A stretch of DNA of 64,000 nucleotides from an uncultured archaeon (GTDB lineage: Archaea > Micrarchaeota > Micrarchaeia > Micrarchaeales > CABMGC01): the NCBI GenBank assembly GCA_963787445.1, contig CAWBCT010000005.1, positions 544,001 to 608,000 of the forward strand, in the 5' to 3' direction. The position numbers were made by a program, and so were the translations under genes. Position 1 is the first letter of the stretch; each line of letters starts with the position of its first letter. Positions 18,560 through 26,584 of the stretch are shown piece by piece. A model generated the notes under the pieces. That model saw nothing but the letters and a program-made list of their open reading frames with translations, ran no database searches and was not told the DNA's origin.

Positions 18560-19639
18560 ATGAAACTGCTTGCTGTTTTGATCGCGCTCGCCTCGCTCGG
18601 GCTGTTCACGGTAGGCGCCCAGAGCAGCAGCATCTGCAGCTCTACGAGCAGCAGCGTAATCTACCAGTACGCCCCCTGGTACTGCAGCCAGGCGAACCAG
18701 GCGATCGCGAACTACTGGGTCCAGTACGAGCCCATCGCCTTCCTGGCCATCCTCCTCTCGTTCTCGGTCGCGGTGCTGCTCTTTGCGATCAGCGCCTTCC
18801 TGCGGAGTGAGAGGCTGAGGAACTTCGCTGTTGGTGAATTTTACGAAGCCGCCGCGACCACCCTGATAGTCGTCGCCTTCCTCTTCGTCACTGCCGTCAT
18901 CGTTGGCCTCCTGCCCTCCCTCATACTCGCCAATACGAACCCATACGTCAGCTCGCTCAACTACATAAGCGGAACCATAACCTCCACCCAGGGTCTCATC
19001 ACCCAGATGCTCCAGATCACCATAGCCGACAAGTACTACGCGAGCCTCAACCTTCAACTGTGCTCCCCCATAGTGTCGGACACCACCTGCATCAGCAACC
19101 TCCTGGGCTACCTCACTCCCGCAATAACCGTATGGTTCGTGGTGCCGGCGCAGACCATAAGCGCCCTGATGTTTGACGGTGTGATGCTCCTCTACGGCGA
19201 GTTCTACCTTATAATGATCATGATGTACGCCGCAATCCCGGTCTTCCTCATACCAGGGATAATCTTCCGCGCGATACTACCGCTCCGCAACCTCGGAGGG
19301 ATGATGATCGCCATAGCGATCGGTGGCTTCGTGATCATGCCCACCCTCTTCTCCGTGGCCTTCTACTTCACCAACACCGCCCTGCAGGGCCAGATCGCAT
19401 CCACCACGGCGTCGCTCGCCAGGTACGGAACCGGGAGCGGTGCCCAGCTGAATGCAATCTCGCAGCAGTCGCCGCTGGTGCAGACGCTCGGGCAGATAAA
19501 CACCAGCCTCAGCGCGTTCTGGATGTCCGTCCTTTTCTATCCTTCGCTGATCTTCGCGCTGACCTACATTTTCATAACCGAAACCGCCAAGTTTATAGGG
19601 GGTGCCACGAAGTTCTCCGGAAGGCTCAGGATTGTTTGA
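18560..19639 (+). CDS. CedA/VirB6-like membrane protein, paralog 6
   Basis: Signal peptide (VGA-Q), LRNFAVGEFYE, GIIFRAILPLRNLGGMMIA...IMP, C-terminal AKFIGG. Confidence 0.65.
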   Translation: MKLLAVLIALASLGLFTVGAQSSSICSSTSSSVIYQYAPWYCSQANQAIANYWVQYEPIAFLAILLSFSVAVLLFAISAFLRSERLRNFAVGEFYEAAATTLIVVAFLFVTAVIVGLLPSLILANTNPYVSSLNYISGTITSTQGLITQMLQITIADKYYASLNLQLCSPIVSDTTCISNLLGYLTPAITVWFVVPAQTISALMFDGVMLLYGEFYLIMIMMYAAIPVFLIPGIIFRAILPLRNLGGMMIAIAIGGFVIMPTLFSVAFYFTNTALQGQIASTTASLARYGTGSGAQLNAISQQSPLVQTLGQINTSLSAFWMSVLFYPSLIFALTYIFITETAKFIGGATKFSGRLRIV

Positions 19640-19708
19640 GCCACTCGCCATAGCTAAAAAGATTAGTGTTGTATCCATATAGGTGCTCCTCTGGCTCTTA
19701 AAACGCAG

Positions 19709-20524
19709 ATGCTGTTGTTTCTCATACTCGCCAGCGCCTCGCTGGTCTGCGCCATAGTTCCATTCGTAATAAGCAACTTCGCCATCGACTTCTTTCTCGC
19801 GCTGCTCGCATTGCTGCTTGCGATAATCGCCTTCTCCACCAAATACTACACCTACCTTTACATCCCCGCGACCAGGATGAAGAACCGGAACATCGTCGTA
19901 AGTTCGGCAGAGCCCTACTTCGTCTCGCCTTCGGGAACCTCCATAGTGATAAGGGATGAGAACGGCACCTACGCCACCTCGTTTGTAAACATCCCGATGT
20001 ACCGCTCCGGCACCGAGATGACCGCCGCCGAGAAGCTGGACATCGCAAGGATGTTCAGCCGGATGCTTACGGTGACCAAGAGCACTGTCAAGTTCTCCTC
20101 CGAGCTCTACATGGTCAGCAAGGACGAGTACATAGCCCAGATTAGAAAGAGGCTCGAGCAGGCGGAGGAGCGCCTGCACAATCTCACTCCCTCCGACCCC
20201 AAGCAGCGCTCGCCGCAGGCCGATCGGGTGAAGGGAGAGACCCAGATGTGGCACAACCTGCTGAACAGCATAAGCGGCTCAAAATCCGAGTCGCTGATGT
20301 CCTACGCGATGGTGAGCGCCTTCGGCGGGAACGAGGAGGAGGCCTCCAACATAGCCTACCAGCGCGCCGAGGAGCTCGCCGCCGGAATAAGCTCCGTGTT
20401 CGGGATCTCAGCCTATGTGATCAAGGGTGATGAGATGCTCAAGCTGATCGAGCCGGAGTACATGATCCCTGTCGAGACCGTGAACGAGATGATCAGGCAG
20501 AAGAGCATAGAGGAAGGAATATAG
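19709..20524 (+). CDS. 2-TM anchored soluble protein, VirB4/TraC N-terminal-domain-like, paralog A
   Basis: Two N-terminal TMs, then YATSFV, KFSSELY, a coiled-coil hairpin and YAMVSA.G.NEEEA...EEL. A possible in-frame CTG start at 19691 follows a GGTG SD. Confidence 0.55.
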   Translation: MLLFLILASASLVCAIVPFVISNFAIDFFLALLALLLAIIAFSTKYYTYLYIPATRMKNRNIVVSSAEPYFVSPSGTSIVIRDENGTYATSFVNIPMYRSGTEMTAAEKLDIARMFSRMLTVTKSTVKFSSELYMVSKDEYIAQIRKRLEQAEERLHNLTPSDPKQRSPQADRVKGETQMWHNLLNSISGSKSESLMSYAMVSAFGGNEEEASNIAYQRAEELAAGISSVFGISAYVIKGDEMLKLIEPEYMIPVETVNEMIRQKSIEEGI

Positions 20525-20531
20525 TGATTCC

Positions 20532-21356
20532 ATGGATGAACAAACCGTAATGTATCTTGCATTCTCTGCAATCTCGATACTGATAATCCTGCTGGGTCTC
20601 GCGAACTACGGCCCCCTTGGCTCTGTTGTGGCTCTGCTCGCCGTAATAGCACTCGTATTTATCCTGCTGCTCAACTACGCCGACTTCCTGATCTTTCCCG
20701 CGGTGACGCGCATTCTTGGGGTAACCATAACCCTTTCAAAGGGCAACACGGCGCCCAAGGAGCAGAATAGGGTGGTGAAGTACGCGAACGGGCTGTACTA
20801 CGCCACCGGCTACCTCACGGCGAACATCTACAACTACGTATTCCGCCAGGAGTCCATACTCCAGCAGGACGACCAGATGATGGCCTCTGCGCCTGACAAA
20901 TGGGAGCGGATAGTCATGAACGTCGACTTCCCCTTCAAGTTCAGCATGATCTCCAATCCGCAGGACATACAGAAGTACAGGGAGGACCTGGAGGGCGACC
21001 GGGGCTACTACGAGTTCCAGCTCTCGAAGCTGGCGGGCTCCAGCGCGCCGAGCCAGATGCAGATGGACAGCCTGCAGCGCCAGATAAACATAGTGCAGGC
21101 GCGAATCGACCGCATCTCCGGCGGCGAGCTGCCGATAAACGCGCTTATGTACATCGAGACCACGGCTGTGGGAGTGAGCGACAAGGCCGCCGCAGACGCG
21201 CTGACCAACCAGCTCAACAAGCTCCAGACCGTGTTCAACGCCTTTGACCTGAACATAATCCGCATCGTCGGAAGGGAGGTGCACACGCTGCACAAGCTGA
21301 ACTACTTCCTCTTCGACCCGACGGACATGCAGAAGCTGTTCAACATGCAGAAGTAA
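20532..21356 (+). CDS. 2-TM anchored soluble protein, VirB4/TraC N-terminal-domain-like, paralog B
   Basis: Same layout as 19709: YATGYL, KFSMIS, coiled coil, YIETTA.G.SDKAA...NKL, I.GREV. Confidence 0.55.
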   Translation: MDEQTVMYLAFSAISILIILLGLANYGPLGSVVALLAVIALVFILLLNYADFLIFPAVTRILGVTITLSKGNTAPKEQNRVVKYANGLYYATGYLTANIYNYVFRQESILQQDDQMMASAPDKWERIVMNVDFPFKFSMISNPQDIQKYREDLEGDRGYYEFQLSKLAGSSAPSQMQMDSLQRQINIVQARIDRISGGELPINALMYIETTAVGVSDKAAADALTNQLNKLQTVFNAFDLNIIRIVGREVHTLHKLNYFLFDPTDMQKLFNMQK

Positions 21357-21397
21357 CCCGCTTGAAGATTTTTAAGCTTATACGTCATTGTATAATC

Positions 21398-22900
21398 ATG
21401 ACGCTAGTGCGCATCCAAACTCTGATGAGCAACGAGGCCGCTAAGCGCCTCTTCCTCACAAGGCCCCCGGAGCCTCCGTTCGAGTTTCTGCTTAACGACC
21501 CGACCAACTCGATCTTCATAGGCGTGACCAAGCTGTTCAAGGTGCCGTTCACCTGGTCCTCATCGCAGCTCACGAACCCGCATATCTCGGTGGTGGGAAT
21601 AACCGGATCGGGAAAGAGCTTCTTCGTAAAGACCTTCCTGACCAGGGCGAGCTACGTCTGGAACACCAACGCGATAATAATCGACTGGGCGGGAGAGTAT
21701 CTCTCCTGGGTAAAGCAGAGCGGCGGTGTGGTCGTCTCCTTCTCCCGCGGGGACTACATGAATATAATGGACCTGTCGGGCATGAAGCCGATTGACCGCG
21801 CAAAGCAGATCATGAACTCGCTGGACATACTCACGGACATCGCCGACTTTCCTGAACAGCGAAGACTCACTGCCGAGGCGATAGAGCAGGCCTACGTGAA
21901 CACCGGCTTTGCCCTGGCTGCGGTGCCTGCGCCCAACCGCGAGGCCCCAACGCTGAAGGAAGTAACGCACCTGCTTGAGGAGAAACTGCAGGAAGGCACC
22001 TACGCCTATCCCGCCGAGCTCGAAAATACGATCTACCGCCTAAGGCAGTTCTCAAGGGAGGGGGAGGACTACTTTGCCAACAAGAGCACCATCGACATAG
22101 GCAAGCTCTCAACGTCGGGCCTTGTGGACCTTGACCTTTCCGGCCTGCCCGACGAGCGTTTCCGCGCCATGGCAGCCCTGTTCATACTCCAGACACTCAA
22201 GGAGAAGATGAGGATGGAGGGCTGGAGCGCCACGGCTGGCATCAAGACCTTCGTCGTCCTTGACGAGGCCTGGAAGGTCGCGAGCGACGAGCGCAGCGAC
22301 GCGGTCACGATAATCAGGGAGGGCCGCAAGTACCAGTTCGGCCTCATTGTCGCCTCTCAGAACCCGACAGACGTAAACGAGGCGATCTTCTCCAACGTCG
22401 GCACGACCTTCATGCTCCGCATCCGCTTCGAGAAGTTCATGAATTATCTCCAGGGCTCGCTAAACTTCTCGGACTTCATACGCGGAGAGATAGGCAAGTT
22501 CGGAGTGGGCCAGGCGGCTGTCGACATGGCATTCAACACCAGCGTCAGGTTTCCAAACGTCTTCATACTGGAGCGGGTTGTGGGCGAGCTGCCGCTCGAT
22601 ACCTACATAATCTTCCTCACCGAGGTCCTTGACCAGAAGGAGCTTCAGGACCCCGCCGTTGTCAAGGAGTACTCGTTCGACAAGATAAACCTGAGCTCAA
22701 AGATGATCGAGAGCGGGATCGGCTCCGAGATAATAACAAAGTCGCTCGAAGCCATAACGACCGGCGGAAAGACCATAGACGTGAAGAACTTCGTAAAGTT
22801 GCTGACCGGGCTGGGCGTGAGCAACGAAACGATCGTAAACCTGCTGCGCAGCATAGGGCTGCTGGACCCGCTGATAACCCGCATCCTGGGCCAAATGTGA
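21398..22900 (+). CDS. VirB4/HerA/CedB-like (FtsK-HerA superfamily) ATPase
   Basis: NPHISVVGITGSGKS (Walker A), IIIDWAGEY, VVLDEAW (Walker B), REGRKY.FGLIVASQNP (Arg finger and Q sensor); ATG at 21398 after TATA-like ttttaag. Confidence 0.9.
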   Translation: MTLVRIQTLMSNEAAKRLFLTRPPEPPFEFLLNDPTNSIFIGVTKLFKVPFTWSSSQLTNPHISVVGITGSGKSFFVKTFLTRASYVWNTNAIIIDWAGEYLSWVKQSGGVVVSFSRGDYMNIMDLSGMKPIDRAKQIMNSLDILTDIADFPEQRRLTAEAIEQAYVNTGFALAAVPAPNREAPTLKEVTHLLEEKLQEGTYAYPAELENTIYRLRQFSREGEDYFANKSTIDIGKLSTSGLVDLDLSGLPDERFRAMAALFILQTLKEKMRMEGWSATAGIKTFVVLDEAWKVASDERSDAVTIIREGRKYQFGLIVASQNPTDVNEAIFSNVGTTFMLRIRFEKFMNYLQGSLNFSDFIRGEIGKFGVGQAAVDMAFNTSVRFPNVFILERVVGELPLDTYIIFLTEVLDQKELQDPAVVKEYSFDKINLSSKMIESGIGSEIITKSLEAITTGGKTIDVKNFVKLLTGLGVSNETIVNLLRSIGLLDPLITRILGQM

Positions 22901-22904
22901 TGAG

Positions 22905-23210
22905 ATGGCGCAATCAACCAACAACGTATCCGTCAAGAAGCTGGACCTCAAGAAGATGGTCACCTCGCTCGGGATAAGCGACGCGAGCACCGAGTCCCTG
23001 CTTGCCCGCCTGGACAAGATGCACAAGCACGTGGACGCGGTGAGCTTTGTCGGAATGCTGGAGAAGCTCGGCATAAAGCAGAAGGACATCGCAAACATAC
23101 TCAGGCGGATAGGCCTGAACGACACCTCCATAGTCGAGATATTCAACATGCTGGACGAGGAGAAGATTGAGGAGACCTTTGGCAAGATAATGCACCTGAG
23201 GGTGGAATGA
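22905..23210 (+). CDS. Small helical protein homologous to the C-terminal module of the upstream ATPase
   Basis: VDAVSFVGMLEKLGI...IANILRRIGLND aligns with IDVKNFVKLLTGLGV...IVNLLRSIGLLD of the ATPase. Confidence 0.8.
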   Translation: MAQSTNNVSVKKLDLKKMVTSLGISDASTESLLARLDKMHKHVDAVSFVGMLEKLGIKQKDIANILRRIGLNDTSIVEIFNMLDEEKIEETFGKIMHLRVE

Positions 23211-23569
23211 TGAAACAAAAAAACGTTTGCGTAGTTTGCGGCAAGGAGAAGAACGGGCTGGAGGTAAAGACGGACAACGTGATAAGGACGATACGCTACA
23301 TCAAGCTCAAGCTGTTCCGCAAGGTCAGCAACAACCGCCTGGTGGTGTGCAAGGAGTGCTACGAGAATTACAAGAAGTACAGGAAGAAGTATATCGGAAG
23401 GCAGAGATTGTACGTGGCACTGGGCGTGCTCTTCCTGATCTTCGGTATGCTGCTGAACCCCTCCTTCGTTGCGCTGTTTGTGGGAATTTTCATAACCGTC
23501 GTCATGTACCTGCTGTCCCTGCTAAGCTACCTCCCGGAGATTGACCTGGGCAAGGCGCAGAAGAAGTAA
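23207..23569 (+). CDS. Zn-ribbon protein with two C-terminal TM helices
   Basis: CVVC...CKEC, basic linker, two hydrophobic segments; ATGA overlap with the previous gene. Confidence 0.8.
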   Translation: MMKQKNVCVVCGKEKNGLEVKTDNVIRTIRYIKLKLFRKVSNNRLVVCKECYENYKKYRKKYIGRQRLYVALGVLFLIFGMLLNPSFVALFVGIFITVVMYLLSLLSYLPEIDLGKAQKK

Positions 23570-23577
23570 GTGATGCA

Positions 23578-24060
23578 GTGGTATTTGCAAAAAAGGTCCA
23601 CCACAATGATAACGAGTTGTTGACGAAGATAGAGAACATATTTATTGAAAACAAAAGCAAGAGGGTAGCTGTTGTAGGGACGACCTGCACCGGAAAGTCA
23701 ACCCTAATCCGACAATTAAGAGAGAGGGGAATAATCGTCCATGACATGGACGACCTTGTTTTTCCAAAACTCACGAAGCAGGAAGCAAACGAGGTCAATG
23801 CAACTCCCTGGACGGAAGAGATAGGCAAGTTGATGGACAAGCTCGCGAAGAAGTATGTAAAGGTTGTGGCCGGAGAGCCGGTGTTCGGTACAATCGTATT
23901 CGACTCCGATCTTATAGTACACCTGAAAATAGGTGATCAGAAACTCAAAGAGAGGGTCGCATCAAGAAATGTTAGTTTTGAGAATGCGAAGAACATGCAA
24001 AAGCAGATAGAGGAGCAGATTAAGAAATCAAAGATAGACACTATTGAAATTATTGTCTAG
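23578..24060 (+). CDS. Small P-loop nucleotide-kinase-like protein
   Basis: VAVVGTTCTGKST, DMDD, L.ERVASR lid motif; more AT-rich than its neighbours; start uncertain. Confidence 0.7.
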   Translation: MVFAKKVHHNDNELLTKIENIFIENKSKRVAVVGTTCTGKSTLIRQLRERGIIVHDMDDLVFPKLTKQEANEVNATPWTEEIGKLMDKLAKKYVKVVAGEPVFGTIVFDSDLIVHLKIGDQKLKERVASRNVSFENAKNMQKQIEEQIKKSKIDTIEIIV

Positions 24061-24071
24061 CGCTAACACAT

Positions 24072-24653
24072 CTAGTAAGGTCTAGGGACGCTGGGTGGCC
24101 TTGCGAGTATGTAGAAGCGAGTTTCGCCCTTCAGTTCAATAAGCACCCTATCGGTAAGAAGCTTGACCGGATCCTGTAGCAATGAAACACGCTGCCCTAT
24201 GTCCGCAAAGCTTTCGAATGGCTTCTCCTCTCGCGCATCGAGTATCGCCGCAAGGTGCTTCTTTCCTATCCCTGGCAGAAGCTCAAGCACGTGCATTCGT
24301 ATGTTGAGCGGGGAGGCGTTGTTGAAGAAGTCGACGAACTTCTTTTCGTTCCTCTTTATCACTCCGTGTATCGCGTTCGGGAGCTCGTTCTTCGCGCCCT
24401 CGGTCAGGTTGTTGTAGGTAAGCCTGGTCTTGATGAGCGCAATCTTGTCACGCTCGCCCTTTCCGATGTACAGGCGCTCCGCAACCTTTATGTCCGGGTT
24501 CTTCGGCACCGCTTCAAGTAGCGTGAATCTTGTCTCGCCCAGCAGCTGCGCCACCGGCTCTGACCTCACAGAAAAAGACTTGCCCGTTGGGAGATAGTCT
24601 AGGACTACTGCGTACTCTTCAAGCTCTTCCTTCCGTAGTTCAGCTTCTGGCAT
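24072..24653 (-). CDS. DUF655 family RNA-binding (OB-fold/HhH) protein
   Basis: EEYAVVLDYLP.G, FTLLE, FFN.A.PL..RMH.LELLPGIGKK; follows rpoF as in other archaea. Confidence 0.92.
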   Translation of the reverse strand: MPEAELRKEELEEYAVVLDYLPTGKSFSVRSEPVAQLLGETRFTLLEAVPKNPDIKVAERLYIGKGERDKIALIKTRLTYNNLTEGAKNELPNAIHGVIKRNEKKFVDFFNNASPLNIRMHVLELLPGIGKKHLAAILDAREEKPFESFADIGQRVSLLQDPVKLLTDRVLIELKGETRFYILARPPSVPRPY

Positions 24654-24670
24654 GCAAACTCCCCTCCCAC

Positions 24671-25006
24671 TTATTTACCTCTGTGCTTCTCCACTATCGC
24701 CATGGCCTTGTCCGCGACCTCCTGCTCTACGGTCTTCTTCTCGTTTGCGAGTATCTGCTTTAATTGGATCATCTCCGCCGGCATGGTGTCGACTATGGAG
24801 ATGGCGCCCTTCTGGCTGATTCCTAGCGATTCAAGTTCCTGAACGAGCTTCGCGCCCACCTTGGGCTCCAGCTTTGCGAACTTCTTAGCGTAATCATAGG
24901 ACAGCTGCTGCTCGTAACCCAACTCCCCATCCTTCTTCCTTGTCTCCAGTATGTCTAGAACGTGCGCTATCGTGACCTGCTTACTAACTCTCTCGCTGTT
25001 TGCCAT
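24671..25006 (-). CDS. rpoF: DNA-directed RNA polymerase subunit F (Rpo4)
   Basis: ELGYEQQ.SYDYAKKF.KL, IVD.MP; GGAGGTG SD upstream of ATG at 25006. Confidence 0.92.
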   Translation of the reverse strand: MANSERVSKQVTIAHVLDILETRKKDGELGYEQQLSYDYAKKFAKLEPKVGAKLVQELESLGISQKGAISIVDTMPAEMIQLKQILANEKKTVEQEVADKAMAIVEKHRGK

Positions 25007-25078
25007 CCATACACCTCCAGCAGTAATATGGGATAGGTATATTATAAAGCTTTTGTTCGATGTATTTATGGTTTTTAG

Positions 25079-25987
25079 ATGGATGCCAACGTTGTCTACA
25101 AGGAGATCCTTGAGGAGATGAGGAAGCACATCTCCGGCAAGATCGAGACCATCCAGCTAATGGTGATAGCCGTGGTGGCGAACGGCCACGCCCTGCTTGA
25201 AGGGGTGCCCGGCGTAGCCAAGACAACCATGACCAAGGCGCTCGCAGACACCATCCAGGCCGATTTCAAGCGTATCCAAGGCACGCCGGACCTCACGCCC
25301 ACGGACATAGTCGGGGCCACCTACGAGGACGTGGACAAGAGCATAAAGTTCAGGAAGGGGCCAGTCTTCACCAACATCTTCCTCATAGACGAGCTCAACA
25401 GGATGCAGCCGCGAACGATGAGCGCGCTGCTCGAGACGCTTGAGGAGCGCCAGGTCTCAGCCGGCGGCGCCGACCTGAAGCTGCCCAGCCCCTTCATCGG
25501 CTTCGCGACCCAGAACCCGCTCAACATAGAGGGCACCACGCCGCTGCCCAAGGTCCTGGCAGACCGGTTCATAATGAAGATAGACGTCGACTACCCCTCT
25601 GCCACCGAGGAGATCGTGATGCTCAGGATAAAGGAGAAGGAGGAGCAGACAGTGGTAAAGAAGATAATCGACACGGCAGCCATAACCGAGCTCCAGGAGA
25701 TGGCAAAGAGCATAATCCTGCCTGACGACGTCGCCGCCTACATAACGCAGATAGTCGGCGCCACCAGGGTCGACATGCACGTGGTCATGGGGGCCAGCCC
25801 GAGGGCCGACATAGCCTTCATGAAGTGCGCAAAGGCAAAGGCCCTGCTTGAGGGGCGAAAGGAGATAACCCGGGATGACATCCGCTTCCTGGCAAGGCCG
25901 GTGCTCAGCCACAGGCTCTCGGTGAGATCCACCGGAGGCATAGGCGTCCACGGCATAATCGACGGAATCATAATGTCAAACACCTGA
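25079..25987 (+). CDS. moxR: MoxR family AAA+ ATPase
   Basis: GHALLEGVPGVAKT, RIQGTPDL.P.DI.G, DELNR, ATQNP...EGT.PLP...DRF, GASPRA, VLSHR. Confidence 0.93.
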   Translation: MDANVVYKEILEEMRKHISGKIETIQLMVIAVVANGHALLEGVPGVAKTTMTKALADTIQADFKRIQGTPDLTPTDIVGATYEDVDKSIKFRKGPVFTNIFLIDELNRMQPRTMSALLETLEERQVSAGGADLKLPSPFIGFATQNPLNIEGTTPLPKVLADRFIMKIDVDYPSATEEIVMLRIKEKEEQTVVKKIIDTAAITELQEMAKSIILPDDVAAYITQIVGATRVDMHVVMGASPRADIAFMKCAKAKALLEGRKEITRDDIRFLARPVLSHRLSVRSTGGIGVHGIIDGIIMSNT

Positions 25988-26067
25988 GCTGGAAACTTTT
26001 TGTCCGGTCGTCCTCGCTTTCCTGGCTGTTTACGAGAGCTAAGAGCATAGAAACGTATTTAAATGTT

Positions 26068-26087
26068 GATAGTTACTAGTATCTATC
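26068..26087. promoter_or_regulatory. Near-perfect 20-bp palindrome (candidate operator) in the pilin promoter
   Basis: GATAG-T-TACTAGTA-T-CTATC (18/20 self-complementary), directly downstream of TATA tttaaat at 26058-26064. Confidence 0.5.
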
Positions 26088-26103
26088 GAATAAGGTCGTG
26101 TAT

Positions 26104-26553
26104 ATGAAACATAATGACTCATCTAGGCTAAGACTGCTGGTATTCTTTGGTCTGCTCACAGGCGTATTGGGCAGCTTGGTTGTGCCTTACGCATTCGCGC
26201 AGAACACAAGCGCTCTGACAAATGCGCTCTGCGGCATCGTAAACGGCATAGGAACTGTGCTGAGCATCCTGGCACTGCTTATGTTCATATTGGGCGGCAC
26301 GCTGTACGCATTCGCGCACTTCCTTCCTGCGACTGGTAACTTCAGGGGAAATATGCAGGGCTGGGGAATGGGTATGCTGATGGGCGGGATAATCGCACTT
26401 GTGCTGTACATAATCGCTCCGTTCATAGTCGGGCAGATTATAGGCATAAACAACGCAAACAACAACAACGGCATTAACACTGGCACTGGAAACAATGCAT
26501 CAGTCAATGGCCTCAGCAATGCCACATGCGCAGGCGTAACAGGCACCAGCTAG
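26104..26553 (+). CDS. VirB2/TrbC/CedA1-like pilin
   Basis: Signal peptide ending AFA-Q, amphipathic LTNALCGIVNGI, TM1, loop with R/W (FRGNMQGWG), TM2 ending IIAPFIV, Asn/Gly-rich tail with a second Cys. Confidence 0.6.
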   Translation: MKHNDSSRLRLLVFFGLLTGVLGSLVVPYAFAQNTSALTNALCGIVNGIGTVLSILALLMFILGGTLYAFAHFLPATGNFRGNMQGWGMGMLMGGIIALVLYIIAPFIVGQIIGINNANNNNGINTGTGNNASVNGLSNATCAGVTGTS

Positions 26554-26584
26554 TGTGATTTAAAATCATCGGCGCGTTTATCTG

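Noticed and set aside
21398-22900. ATPase as the DNA-repair helicase HerA
   Set aside because: It lacks an N-terminal HAS barrel, has no nurA/mre11 neighbours, and is embedded among membrane-protein genes.
26104-26553. Type IV pilin or archaellin
   Set aside because: No K/R-G-Q/A class III cleavage site before the first hydrophobic helix, and no PilB/PilC-type genes nearby.
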